A program made the translations under genes and the position numbers. A DNA stretch of 41,320 nucleotides from the NCBI GenBank assembly GCA_964568245.1, contig CAZMQH010000001.1:1-41320 (forward strand), written 5' to 3'. This DNA comes from an uncultured Methylomarinum sp. GTDB taxonomy: Bacteria > Pseudomonadota > Gammaproteobacteria > Methylococcales > Methylomonadaceae. Position 1 is the first letter of the stretch; each line of letters opens with the position of its first letter. This document shows, one piece after another, positions 24,805 to 34,973 of this stretch. A model generated the notes under the pieces. It made no database searches and was not told where the DNA came from. It saw nothing but the letters and a program-made list of their open reading frames with translations.

Positions 24805-25791
24805 TTGTCAGAATTACAAATATCTAAAGAAATTACCTTATTACCCGATGATAACCGTCGTTTAGCCAACTTTTGTGGCGCGTTTGATGCGCATTTGCGT
24901 CAAATTGAGCAACGACTCAAAGTAGAAATAGCTAATCGGGGTAATCAATTTAAAGTATCAGGGCTTGCCGATGCAGTAAAAGCTGCCAGTGTCCTTATAA
25001 ATAACATGTTTGATGCCACAATTGATGAACTCATAACCCCAGAATATCTACACTTAGCTATGCAAGATTCAAGTATTCAACAATTAGTAGAGATAACGCC
25101 AGCAAATGAGGCGGAAATTGAACCAGTCTCGATTAAAACTAAACGTGGAGTGATAAAGGGGCGGGGCAAAAATCAACAAGATTATTTGCAATGTATTAAA
25201 GCCAATGATATTAACTTTGGGGTTGGCCCCGCAGGAACGGGGAAAACTTATTTAGCAGTTGCTTGCGCGGTCGATGCACTTCAAGCTGAAACGGTGAGAC
25301 GAATTATTTTAGTCAGACCCGCAGTAGAGGCAGGGGAAAAATTAGGTTTTTTACCGGGTGATATGGCGCAAAAAGTGGATCCTTATTTACGCCCTTTATA
25401 TGACGCTTTGTATGATATGCTGGGTTTTGAGAAAGTTGAAAAACTATTAGAAAAAAATGTCATTGAAGTGGCTCCTTTAGCTTTTATGCGGGGTAGAACC
25501 TTAAATGACTCTTTTATTATTTTAGATGAAGCACAAAATACCACAGTAGAACAAATTAAAATGTTTTTAACTCGGGTGGGCTTTGGTTCAACCGCCGTGA
25601 TAACGGGTGATGTGACTCAAATTGATTTACCTAGTGATAAAATGTCTGGTCTTAAACATGTTTTAAAAGTACTAAAAGATGTGGAGGGTATTAGTTTTAC
25701 CTTATTTGGTGCAAAGGATGTGGTTAGGCATCCTTTAGTTCAGCGAATAGTTGTGGCTTATGAGCGCTACGAGAAGCTGCAAGCCAAATGA
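24805..25791 (+). CDS. ybeZ: PhoH-like ATPase
   Basis: Walker A GPAGTGKT and Walker B IILDEAQN. The ORF has a TTG start, and the exact start is uncertain. It belongs to the conserved miaB-ybeZ-ybeY-corC block. Confidence 0.9.
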   Translation: MSELQISKEITLLPDDNRRLANFCGAFDAHLRQIEQRLKVEIANRGNQFKVSGLADAVKAASVLINNMFDATIDELITPEYLHLAMQDSSIQQLVEITPANEAEIEPVSIKTKRGVIKGRGKNQQDYLQCIKANDINFGVGPAGTGKTYLAVACAVDALQAETVRRIILVRPAVEAGEKLGFLPGDMAQKVDPYLRPLYDALYDMLGFEKVEKLLEKNVIEVAPLAFMRGRTLNDSFIILDEAQNTTVEQIKMFLTRVGFGSTAVITGDVTQIDLPSDKMSGLKHVLKVLKDVEGISFTLFGAKDVVRHPLVQRIVVAYERYEKLQAK

Positions 25792-26252
25792 ATTTTTTAG
25801 ATTTTCAGGTTGTATCGGAATCACAGCAGCTGCCAACACCAGAACAATTTAAAATATGGGTTGATGCCGTATTAACAGATACATCCCAAGATTCGGAAAT
25901 TGTGATTCGAATCGTTGATGAAGCTGAAATGATTCAATTTAATGAGCAATATCGTGGTAAAAAAGGGGCGACTAATATACTTAGCTTTCCTTTCGATTCA
26001 CCTGAAGGTGCTGATAGTCAATTGTTAGGTGATTTGTTAGTGTGCGCTCCCATTGTTGAACTAGAAGCTAAGCAGCAAAATAAAGCTTTAGATCATCATT
26101 GGGCACATATGATTATTCATGGTGTGCTGCATTTGATAGGGTATGATCATATTAATGATATGGATGCTGAAGAAATGGAAGCTTTAGAAATTAAAATATT
26201 AATAAAAATAAAAATAGATAATCCGTATGAGGAGCAAGTAAGCAATGAGTGA
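25788..26252 (+). CDS. ybeY: rRNA maturation endoribonuclease YbeY
   Basis: The zinc-binding motif HGVLHLIGYDH is present. An ATGA overlap links it to ybeZ. Confidence 0.93.
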   Translation: MNFLDFQVVSESQQLPTPEQFKIWVDAVLTDTSQDSEIVIRIVDEAEMIQFNEQYRGKKGATNILSFPFDSPEGADSQLLGDLLVCAPIVELEAKQQNKALDHHWAHMIIHGVLHLIGYDHINDMDAEEMEALEIKILIKIKIDNPYEEQVSNE

Positions 26253-27096
26253 CGATAAACCACCAAGTAGACAGCCTCAACAGAAAGGGTTAATCGACCG
26301 AATAGGTCAATTTCTGTCGGGGGAGCCACAAGATCAAAATGATTTATTAGATATTTTAAAAGATGCTCAAGAAAAGCATTTATTAGATGCTGAAGCACTA
26401 TCAATGATAGAAGGGGTTTTACAATTTTCTGAAATGCGGGTTAGAGATGTGATGGTTCCTCGTATTCAGATGCACGTAATATCGAAAGATGATTTGTTAG
26501 AAACTATTTTTCCTTTGGTTTTAGAGTTTGGTCATTCTAGATTTCCGGTTATTGAAGATGATCGAAGTAATGTTGTGGGTGTTTTGTTAGCAAAAGATTT
26601 GTTGTCGTACACATTAGATGCTAAAAACTTAACGGTAAAGGATGTAATGAGAACCGTTAGTGTTGTGCCTGAAAGTAAACGATTGAATGTTTTATTAAAA
26701 GAGTTCAGAACAAACAGAAACCACATGGCAATAGTGGTTGATGAATATGGTATGACGGCTGGCTTAGTCACCATTGAAGATGTTTTAGAAGAGATTGTGG
26801 GTGAAATTGAAGATGAACATGATGCTAAAGAAGAGCAATATGTTCAAAAAGCCAATGGTACTAAGTTTACCCTCAAAGCTTTAATGCCTATTGATGAATT
26901 TAATGGATACTTTTCGGCTGATTTACAAGATGATGAGCATGAAACAATCGGTGGGTTTGTTGTTCATCAGTTAGGATATATGCCTAAAAAAGGTGATAAG
27001 CTTGAGTTCGAAAGATTTCGTTTTGAAATTCTACATGCAGATGACAGACGTGTTTTCTTATTGAAATTAAAATTAATTGATGCAAGTGAAAAATAG
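26245..27096 (+). CDS. corC: CBS-pair / CorC_HlyC domain magnesium-cobalt efflux accessory protein
   Basis: 283 aa. A CBS pair (RVRDVMVPR..., VKDVMR...) is followed by a CorC/HlyC C-terminal transporter-associated domain. It overlaps ybeY by 8 nt. Confidence 0.9.
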   Translation: MSDDKPPSRQPQQKGLIDRIGQFLSGEPQDQNDLLDILKDAQEKHLLDAEALSMIEGVLQFSEMRVRDVMVPRIQMHVISKDDLLETIFPLVLEFGHSRFPVIEDDRSNVVGVLLAKDLLSYTLDAKNLTVKDVMRTVSVVPESKRLNVLLKEFRTNRNHMAIVVDEYGMTAGLVTIEDVLEEIVGEIEDEHDAKEEQYVQKANGTKFTLKALMPIDEFNGYFSADLQDDEHETIGGFVVHQLGYMPKKGDKLEFERFRFEILHADDRRVFLLKLKLIDASEK

Positions 27097-27247
27097 CGAC
27101 TGTTTTTTCTGCGCTAAATTCTAATCGACTTAATTAGAGCTTCCTTAACTTCAGACTTTCATGCTCCTATTCAGCTTGTTGTTTGGAAACTTATATATAT
27201 GTCTACATATAACTATATCAAGTCTCTTTTCAATTTGTTAGAGTTCT

Positions 27248-28057
27248 TCATTGAGCTTTATCAACTTTAATTAATATTTTCATACTTTTATCTGTTGTTG
27301 AATATCGATGAGATAAAGTGCCGTATCTAGTATGCTGGCTCTGTTGATCAGTTCCACCAATTTCCACCCATTGTCCAAGCCTAACCCTGATTGTAGTATG
27401 TCCACTTTGGGTGCTGAATTCACCAGAATTATTGATTTTATCAGACCAAGGACTAACTTCTAGGGTCACTTGTTTTCCAGATAAACGAGGCGTCACCATA
27501 AAACCTGTACTCGCTTCAATAAGTTGTGTGTTGGTGGAAATAACAGGGTAGCCGTAGCCAGATGGGTAGATATTAATATTTTGTACGGGGTGTATTTGTC
27601 CTATTTTTATATAAGCAGGTTTCCCATCAAGTGTCTGAATTTGTTGCTGGCTGTTTGAGTGGTTTAAGCTTTCTGTATTGGCAAAGCGACCTCTGAATCT
27701 ATAGGGAAGGCTAGATGGTCTACTTGTACGAATATTAACTCTATTATTGGCAGAGGCATTAAGTGATTCTGCTGACTCAGTGTTACTTTGTATTACCGTT
27801 ATAGTTAAATTGTTTAAACGTGAATCAAGCTGGTCAATTAACTTTTTGATCTCTTTTTGTCTTGCAGGCGTAGCTTTAACGATAAGGCTGGAGCGGTTAG
27901 CAACAATGCGTTCTGAATTTTCAAGAAATGGACTAATTAAAGGCTGAAGCTCTGAAGCAAAGCGATTATTAAGAGGCACTACTTTCATGACTAGATCATC
28001 AGCAGTGCTGTCAGTAGTAAAAAAAACACTAAGGAATAAAAATAATATTTTAAGCAT
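27248..28057 (-). CDS. short secretin-like protein (secretin N-domain plus truncated secretin core), orphan
   Basis: Signal peptide MLKILFLFLSVFFTTDSTA. MKVVPLNNRFASELQPLISPFL...NRSSLIVKATPARQKEIKKLIDQLD fits the Secretin_N/NolW pattern. LDGKPAYIKIGQ...STGFMVTPRLSGKQVTLEVSPWSD...TTIRVRLGQWVEIGGT...MKILIKV fits the secretin core pattern. The protein is only 269 aa. Confidence 0.6.
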   Translation of the reverse strand: MLKILFLFLSVFFTTDSTADDLVMKVVPLNNRFASELQPLISPFLENSERIVANRSSLIVKATPARQKEIKKLIDQLDSRLNNLTITVIQSNTESAESLNASANNRVNIRTSRPSSLPYRFRGRFANTESLNHSNSQQQIQTLDGKPAYIKIGQIHPVQNINIYPSGYGYPVISTNTQLIEASTGFMVTPRLSGKQVTLEVSPWSDKINNSGEFSTQSGHTTIRVRLGQWVEIGGTDQQSQHTRYGTLSHRYSTTDKSMKILIKVDKAQ

Positions 28058-28122
28058 TGGCCCCTCACTAAATTGGAACAGCAGCAGGAAAGAAGTTGAG
28101 TTAGCCTTTCACCTGCTCTTAA

Positions 28123-29556
28123 TCAAATCTCTTCGTATAAAGTCAAATATTGTTTAGCACTATTTTCCCATGAAAAGTCTTTTTTCATGGCGGCTACCTG
28201 TATTTTCTTCCAGGATTTTTTGTCATTGTATAGCAAGATGGCGCGTTTAATAGCTTCTAATAAAGCACCCGAACTCGCTTGTTTAAATGAAATGCCTGTT
28301 GCGGTGTTTTTGGCAAGGCTTTTAGGTAAAGCATCTTCGATAGTATCAGCTAATCCACCTGTTTCCCTTACAATAGGGATGGTTCCATAACGTTGGCTAT
28401 ACATTTGATTTAAGCCGCAAGGTTCAAATCTTGATGGCATTAAGAAAATGTCTACCCCAGCTTCAATTTGATGAGCAAGTCCTTCGTTATAACCGATAGT
28501 AACTGAAACCTTTTTTGGATAAAGCCTAGCAAAATCAAGTAATTTTTGCTCAACACTTTTATCTCCACTGCCTAATAAAACAAATTGCAGTGGCATTTCA
28601 ACCATTTCTTTTAAACAGTCAAGAATAAGGTCAATACCTTTTTGATCAACCAGTCTGCTGATTAACCCAAAGAGGGGGACTGACTTGTTGACTGGCAGAG
28701 ATGATCTAGCTTGCAATGAGGTTTTGTTGATTATCTTTTTTTCTAAGCTATCAACGCCGTAGGGTTCGCTAATACTGGTATCTGTTTCTGGGTTCCATTG
28801 GTCCAAGTCCAGGCCATTGATGATGCCACTTAAAATGTTATATTTATGGCTTAACAAACCTTCTAAGCCATAGCCGTATTCAGAGGTTTGTATTTCAAGT
28901 GCATAAGTTGGGCTCACGGTTGTTATGCGACTTGAATATGACAGGCCACCTTTAATAAAAGATAGCATGTCATGGAACTCAACACCATTAGGGTGCCATA
29001 GTTGACGAGGTAAATTTAAATCTAAAAATACACTTTCAGGAAACATGCCTTGGTACGCCATATTATGAATGGTGAAGACCGTGGCTGGTTTATTATCTTC
29101 GATAGATAATAGAGCTGGGACTAGGCCTGTTTGCCAGTCATTACAGTGGACTACATCCGCAGACCAATCTAAATGTGCTCTATTCATGGCAACTTCAACC
29201 ACAATACGGCAGAACAAAGTGAAGCGGTCGGCTATATTGGGCCAGCTATTTCCTGATTCATCTACATAGGGGTTTCCAGGTACGTCAAAAAGAGCAGGGC
29301 AATCCACTAACCAGACAATAACATCACTGTTAGGTAGTTTGGTTTCCAAAATGTTGGCATCTTGGTTGTTGACTCGAACTGAGCTGATAAATCTGACTTC
29401 CTCAGTGTTTTTAATAGACTGGTAGTTAGGTAGGATGATTCTAATATCTTGTGATAACTCGGCTAAAGCACGTGGCAAACTGCCCGCAACATCAGCTAAC
29501 CCACCTGTTTTAATTAAGGGGTGAACTTCACTGGCTGCAAATAGTATTTTTTTCAT
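28123..29556 (-). CDS. glgA: glycogen synthase (ADP-glucose type)
   Basis: The KTGGLADV motif is present ([17 protein letters not shown]). The protein is a 477-aa GT5 enzyme with a C-terminal [10 protein letters not shown] segment. Confidence 0.95.
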   Translation of the reverse strand: MKKILFAASEVHPLIKTGGLADVAGSLPRALAELSQDIRIILPNYQSIKNTEEVRFISSVRVNNQDANILETKLPNSDVIVWLVDCPALFDVPGNPYVDESGNSWPNIADRFTLFCRIVVEVAMNRAHLDWSADVVHCNDWQTGLVPALLSIEDNKPATVFTIHNMAYQGMFPESVFLDLNLPRQLWHPNGVEFHDMLSFIKGGLSYSSRITTVSPTYALEIQTSEYGYGLEGLLSHKYNILSGIINGLDLDQWNPETDTSISEPYGVDSLEKKIINKTSLQARSSLPVNKSVPLFGLISRLVDQKGIDLILDCLKEMVEMPLQFVLLGSGDKSVEQKLLDFARLYPKKVSVTIGYNEGLAHQIEAGVDIFLMPSRFEPCGLNQMYSQRYGTIPIVRETGGLADTIEDALPKSLAKNTATGISFKQASSGALLEAIKRAILLYNDKKSWKKIQVAAMKKDFSWENSAKQYLTLYEEI

Positions 29557-31784
29557 AATTTTAGAATAATGCCTGCTAATGGAGGAAGCGTTAGGTTAAC
29601 TGAATGGGGTAAGTTCATCCAAGGTGTGGGTTCAGATGGAATGCTACCATTGCCTTTATTGCTACCATTGTAATAACTGGAATCCGAGTTAAAAATTTCA
29701 GTGTAATTACCTTCAGATGGCACGCCTATACGGTAGTTTTCTCTGACTACTGGAGTAAAGTTCAAAATAATAATCAATTCTTCGTCTGCGGTTTTACGGC
29801 GGTAACTAATGATAGAGTGACTTACATCATGGCAATCGATCCATTCAAAACCTTCGTGCTCGAAATCGTGTTGAAAGAGTGATGGGTGACTTGTATAGAC
29901 ATGATTAAGGTCTTTAACTAAGGTTTTAATACCATTGTGTTGAGGGTAGTCTAGTGTATACCAGTCTAAACCTTGATTAAAATTCCACTCAGACCCTTGG
30001 CCAAATTCACAGCCCATAAATAATAATTTTTTACCTGGATAGGTAAACATAAAGGTGTAAAGCAGGCGCAAGTTGGCAAAGCGCTGCCATTCATCACCTG
30101 GCATTTTGTTAATCATGGAGCCTTTACCATGAACCACTTCATCATGGGAAAAAGGCAGCACGAAATTTTCAGAAAAAGCGTACAGCATGCCAAAAGTTAG
30201 ATTGTCATGATGATGCATTCTATGTACAGGGTCTTGTTGCATATAAGAAAGCATGTCGTGCATCCAGCCCATATTCCATTTCATGGAAAAACCTAATCCA
30301 CCAGTCCAAGTTGGGCGGGTAACTTGAGGCCATGAGGTGGATTCTTCGGCAATGATGACAGTACCTGGGTGTTGTTCGTGAGTGATTGAGTTCATATGTC
30401 TCATGAAATCAATAGCCTCAAGATTCTCGTTGCCTCCATACATATTTGGAATCCAGTCATCTGCTTCGCGAGAATAATCTAGATATAACATAGAAGCAAC
30501 GGCATCAACTCTTAGACCATCAAGATGAAACTCTTCTAGCCAGAAATTAGCGCTGGCTAATAAAAAGTTTTTAACTTCATTACGGCTGTAGTTATAAATA
30601 AGCGTGCCCCAATCCCTATGTTCGCCTTTGCGAGGATCTTCATGTTCATATAGAGCTGTTCCATCAAATTTTGCTAGTGCAAAAGCATCTTTGGGGAAGT
30701 GGGCGGGTACCCAGTCAAGAATGACACCAATATTATTTTTGTGACATACATCAACAAAATATTTGAAGTCGTCAGGTGTTCCATGCCGACTTGTAGGTGC
30801 AAAGTACCCTGTTGTTTGGTATCCCCAAGAATCATCAAGAGGGTGTTCAGTAATAGGCAGAAGTTCAATGTGAGTAAAGCCCAGTTCTTTCACATAATCA
30901 ACTAGCTCTATGGCCAGTTCTCTATAGCTCAGGTAATTTCCTTGAGAGTCTCTTCGCCAAGAGCCAAGGTGGACTTCATATATGGACATGGCCTCATGTA
31001 TCCAGTCATGCTCTTTACGATGCGTCATCCATTGATTATCTAGCCATTTATAATGATTTTCATCCGTTACAATAGAGGCGGTTTGAGGGCGAAATTCAAA
31101 TTGTTGGCCGTAAGGGTCTGTTTTGAGTAAAATCTCATTTGTTTGGCTATTGAGTATTTCAAATTTATATTTGCAGCCTGTATTAAGATTGGGTATAAAA
31201 ATTTCCCAGATACCGCTACCACTAAGGTTTCTCATTGGAGTACAGCGGCCATCCCAATGGTTAAAGTCACCTACAACACTAATACGGTGGGCATTGGGGG
31301 CCCAAACTGCAAAATAAACCCCTTTAATACCATCAATAGTTCGTAAATGAGAGCCTAAGTGGTTATATATATGCCAATGGTTGCCAGAGGAAAATAGGTG
31401 CTGATCAAATTCGGGTAATATGGAACCAAAGTCATAAGGATCGTAAGTGAGAATTATATTACCTTCTTTATCAACTTGAGCTAGTTGGTAATGTTCTGGC
31501 AAGTTATCTTGTGATGTTTGGTACTGAAAAAAATCAGAGTTTGGGATTCTATAGAAAGCGGGGCCTTCGGTGCCAAGGTTAATACTTTCAGTGTATGGGG
31601 CATAGACTGTAATAGTAGTTAAGGCATTGTTTTTATGACGACCTAAAATAGAAAAGACATCGTTATGTCTTGCTTCACTAATACGAATTAAATCATTATT
31701 TAGCTGTTTTTCTTCAGGCTCAAGTGCTTTTTTAGTACTGGATTGATTCTTTTTTATTTTTTTGTTCACTTTGCAATGCCCCAT
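29553..31784 (-). CDS. glgB: 1,4-alpha-glucan branching enzyme
   Basis: The GH13 motifs [26 protein letters not shown] and [10 protein letters not shown] are present. Its stop codon overlaps the glgA start (ATGA on the minus strand). Confidence 0.95.
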   Translation of the reverse strand: MGHCKVNKKIKKNQSSTKKALEPEEKQLNNDLIRISEARHNDVFSILGRHKNNALTTITVYAPYTESINLGTEGPAFYRIPNSDFFQYQTSQDNLPEHYQLAQVDKEGNIILTYDPYDFGSILPEFDQHLFSSGNHWHIYNHLGSHLRTIDGIKGVYFAVWAPNAHRISVVGDFNHWDGRCTPMRNLSGSGIWEIFIPNLNTGCKYKFEILNSQTNEILLKTDPYGQQFEFRPQTASIVTDENHYKWLDNQWMTHRKEHDWIHEAMSIYEVHLGSWRRDSQGNYLSYRELAIELVDYVKELGFTHIELLPITEHPLDDSWGYQTTGYFAPTSRHGTPDDFKYFVDVCHKNNIGVILDWVPAHFPKDAFALAKFDGTALYEHEDPRKGEHRDWGTLIYNYSRNEVKNFLLASANFWLEEFHLDGLRVDAVASMLYLDYSREADDWIPNMYGGNENLEAIDFMRHMNSITHEQHPGTVIIAEESTSWPQVTRPTWTGGLGFSMKWNMGWMHDMLSYMQQDPVHRMHHHDNLTFGMLYAFSENFVLPFSHDEVVHGKGSMINKMPGDEWQRFANLRLLYTFMFTYPGKKLLFMGCEFGQGSEWNFNQGLDWYTLDYPQHNGIKTLVKDLNHVYTSHPSLFQHDFEHEGFEWIDCHDVSHSIISYRRKTADEELIIILNFTPVVRENYRIGVPSEGNYTEIFNSDSSYYNGSNKGNGSIPSEPTPWMNLPHSVNLTLPPLAGIILKL

Positions 31785-31937
31785 TGTTGTGGATTGTAGT
31801 AGAATATCTACCCATGAATATTAGCAAATTTCTGAGATAAATAATGAATTAATTGTTTTTTCAATTTTTGTTTAGTATTTTGGTATATTCGCATTTGAAA
31901 GGGATGATGCTTTGTATAATAACAATAAGAGGTAAAT

Positions 31938-33215
31938 ATGTCGGTTTCAGAAAATTCACATCATGAGCGTTTTGTTAGTCAGTTGACAAGAAATACGGTC
32001 GCTTTGATTTTAGCTGGTGGGCGTGGCACGCGACTGAAACAAATGACGGATTGGCGAGCGAAGCCAGCTGTTCCTTTTGGTGGTAAATTTAGAATCATTG
32101 ACTTTCCTTTGTCAAATTGTATTAATTCTGGAATACGAAAAATAGGTATTTTGACTCAATACAAGGCAGACCCACTTATAAAGCATATTCAGCAAGGTTG
32201 GGGTTTCCTAAGAGGTGAGTTTGGTGAATTTGTAAATTTGATGCCTGCACAACAAACTGCGCAAGGTGGTGGTTGGTATGAAGGTACAGCCGATGCAATT
32301 TATCAAAGTATTGATATGCTTCGCCGTGAAAATTCTGAATATGTATTAATACTTGCAGGTGACCATATTTATAAAATGGATTATGGTTCCATGTTGGCAG
32401 ATCATTTTGATAAAAATGCTGATTTAACCATTGGTTGCCTTGAAGTATCATTAGATGAAGCTAAAGAATTTGGTGTTATGCATGTTAATGAAAACAGACA
32501 AGTTCAAGAGTTTGTAGAAAAACCAGTAAATCCGCCCTGTATTCCTGGGCGCGATGATGTTGCCTTGGCTTCTATGGGAATTTATATTTTTAATACTCAA
32601 TTCCTTATTGAACAGTTGATTAAAGATGCTGAAACAGCGGGATCAACTAGAGATTTTGGACATGATATTATTCCCTCAGTTATTAATCAACACACGGTTA
32701 ATGCCTACCCTTTCTTAAATTTACAAGGTGAGCAAAGTTATTGGCGTGATGTAGGTACATTGGATGCATACTGGTCAGCCAATATGGAGTTGATTGGTGT
32801 TAACCCTGATTTGAATTTATATGATAAAACATGGCCTATCTGGACTTATCAGGCGCAAAATCCGCCTGCAAAATTTATTTTTGATGATGAAGATAGACGA
32901 GGTCAGGCAATTGACTCAATGATCTCAGGTGGTTGTATTATTTCTGGTGCAACAGTAAAACATTCTCTAGTGTTTTCTGATGTTAAAGTGAATTCATATA
33001 CTACGGTAACGGATTCCGTTATTTTGCCAGAAGCTATCATTGGCAGAAATTGCCGTATCAATAAGGCCATTATTGAAAAAGGCTGTCATGTGCCTGAAGG
33101 TACAGTTATTGGTGAAAATAAAGCCGATGATGAAAAAAGATTTGAAGTGAGTCCAGGAGGGATTGTTCTAGTCACTCCTGAAATGCTTGGTCAGCAGAGA
33201 CATCTTATAAGATGA
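31938..33215 (+). CDS. glgC: glucose-1-phosphate adenylyltransferase
   Basis: LILAGGRGTRLKQMT and FVEKP motifs plus a left-handed beta-helix C-terminus, in a 425-aa protein. Confidence 0.95.
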   Translation: MSVSENSHHERFVSQLTRNTVALILAGGRGTRLKQMTDWRAKPAVPFGGKFRIIDFPLSNCINSGIRKIGILTQYKADPLIKHIQQGWGFLRGEFGEFVNLMPAQQTAQGGGWYEGTADAIYQSIDMLRRENSEYVLILAGDHIYKMDYGSMLADHFDKNADLTIGCLEVSLDEAKEFGVMHVNENRQVQEFVEKPVNPPCIPGRDDVALASMGIYIFNTQFLIEQLIKDAETAGSTRDFGHDIIPSVINQHTVNAYPFLNLQGEQSYWRDVGTLDAYWSANMELIGVNPDLNLYDKTWPIWTYQAQNPPAKFIFDDEDRRGQAIDSMISGGCIISGATVKHSLVFSDVKVNSYTTVTDSVILPEAIIGRNCRINKAIIEKGCHVPEGTVIGENKADDEKRFEVSPGGIVLVTPEMLGQQRHLIR

Positions 33216-33291
33216 ATTCTATTAAAGCCTCTCTTTATACTGAAAAGTCGGGCTTTATTCTGATATATTTCAAAAAAATAATTTTTATAAT

Positions 33292-34764
33292 ATGAGTAAC
33301 CCTTTAAATACACGAAGAGCAGGAATACTGCTTCACATTTCTTCTTTGCCAAGTGCTGGTGACTCAGGTGATCTGGGGCAGGAAGCCTATAATTTTGTGA
33401 ATTTTCTTCATGATTCAGGCGTTACTGTGTGGCAAACACTTCCTTTGGGTATGCCGCATAGTGATGGTTCGCCTTATCAGTGCTTATCTGCGCATGCAGG
33501 TAATCCTATGTTTATTGATACTCGTTGGTTGGAGAAAAAAGGTTGGTTGGAAGCAAGAGAGTCGTGTACTGATAGTCATGCCGGTGATGGTTTTAGTAAG
33601 ACATGCTTGTTAGCCAAAGCGTTTACTGGATTTAAAGGCTTAGCTAGTAAAGAGGATAAGGAAAGCTTTTTTCAATTTTGTCAGGATAATGGGAGTTGGT
33701 TAGATGACTTTTCATTATTTTATTCACTCAGACAAGAGTTTGGTAGTCAATGTTGGAACCAGTGGCCTGAAGCATTAAAAAACAGACAACCCAAAGCGAT
33801 AAAAGAAGCACATCAGAGATTAAGTTCTTTGGTTGAAGGGGCTAAATTTGAACAGTTTGTTTTCTTTACCCAGTGGGCTGAATTAAAGCACTATGCTAAA
33901 GAACGGAATGTGCTTTTATTTGGTGACATTCCTATTTTTGTTTCTTACGATAGTTCTGATGTTTGGGCTAATAGAGAAGTTTTTAAGCTAGATAAAGACG
34001 GTGAAATGTCAGTTGTTGCAGGTGTTCCTCCTGATTATTTCTCTGAAACTGGGCAGCGATGGGGAAATCCACATTATAATTGGAAATATTTAAAGAAAAC
34101 TGGGTTTAAATGGTGGATTGATAGAGTTAAAACTCAAGGTGAGCTTTTTGATATTGTCAGAATTGATCACTTTAGAGGCTTTGAGTCAGCTTGGGAGATT
34201 CCAGCAGATGAAGATACGGCAATTAACGGTCAATGGGTGGCAGCTCCTGGTAAAGCCTTATTAAAGGCGATTGCCAAAGAATGTGGCTCTGTGTCTTTGG
34301 TGGCGGAAGATTTAGGGATTATAACTGAAGAAGTGGATGAGCTTAGGAGCGAGTTCAATTTACCAGGTATGAAGATTCTGCAGTTCGCTTTTGATGGCAG
34401 CTCAGATAATTTATATTTGCCGCATAATCACGAGCAAAATAGTGTTGTCTATACCGGGACGCACGATAATGATACAACTTTAGGTTGGTTTAATGCATTA
34501 AGTGATCATGAAAAGCATCGTGTGTATGAATATTTGGGCTTTTCTAAAACATCAATGCCTTCTACACTAGTTGGTGTTGCTTTTGCCTCGGTTGCAAATT
34601 TAGCTATTGTCCCGATGCAAGATATTCTTGAATTAGGGTCTGAGGACAGAATGAATATTCCTGGAACCTGTGAGGGGAACTGGATGTGGCGCTTTTCTTG
34701 GGAGCGGTTAACCGCTGAAAGAGCGGGTAGATTGGCTCATTTAGTTAAGTTGTTTGGGCGCTAG
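33292..34764 (+). CDS. malQ: 4-alpha-glucanotransferase (amylomaltase, GH77)
   Basis: The motifs RIDHFRGF, VAEDLG and YTGTHDNDT are present, in a 490-aa protein. Confidence 0.93.
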   Translation: MSNPLNTRRAGILLHISSLPSAGDSGDLGQEAYNFVNFLHDSGVTVWQTLPLGMPHSDGSPYQCLSAHAGNPMFIDTRWLEKKGWLEARESCTDSHAGDGFSKTCLLAKAFTGFKGLASKEDKESFFQFCQDNGSWLDDFSLFYSLRQEFGSQCWNQWPEALKNRQPKAIKEAHQRLSSLVEGAKFEQFVFFTQWAELKHYAKERNVLLFGDIPIFVSYDSSDVWANREVFKLDKDGEMSVVAGVPPDYFSETGQRWGNPHYNWKYLKKTGFKWWIDRVKTQGELFDIVRIDHFRGFESAWEIPADEDTAINGQWVAAPGKALLKAIAKECGSVSLVAEDLGIITEEVDELRSEFNLPGMKILQFAFDGSSDNLYLPHNHEQNSVVYTGTHDNDTTLGWFNALSDHEKHRVYEYLGFSKTSMPSTLVGVAFASVANLAIVPMQDILELGSEDRMNIPGTCEGNWMWRFSWERLTAERAGRLAHLVKLFGR

Positions 34765-34900
34765 TTTAACCTTGTTAAAAAACTAAAATATTTTGTAGGA
34801 CGGGCTTGAATCGGTCCAGAGTATATTGGCTTTGTTTCAATTGCAGGCTGAAATTGTTAGCGCTATTTTTTGCGTTGTAATGAAGGTGAGTTTAATTTTT

Positions 34901-34954
34901 TTGATTTACCTAATCAATGGCATACCTTACAATTCAATGGTAGACCATTATAAT
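34901..34954 (+). promoter_or_regulatory. candidate ccp promoter with upstream inverted and direct repeats
   Basis: TTACAA (34927-34932), a 16-bp spacer, then TATAAT (34949-34954). The inverted repeat TTGATT-N5-AATCAA lies at 34901-34917. The direct repeats TCAATGGCATACC (34914-34926) and TCAATGGTAGACC (34934-34946) are 20 bp apart. Confidence 0.4.
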
Positions 34955-34973
34955 AATACCTTGGAGGGTAGTT

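Noticed and set aside
30674-31346. Four 64-68-aa ORFs on both strands inside glgB
   Set aside because: All are embedded in a strongly supported GH13 gene and arise by chance in AT-rich sequence.
34901-34917. FNR/CRP-type box upstream of ccp
   Set aside because: The TTGAT and ATCAA half-sites are separated by 7 nt rather than the canonical 4, and the centre lies near -51 instead of -41.5. It is kept only as an unexplained inverted repeat.
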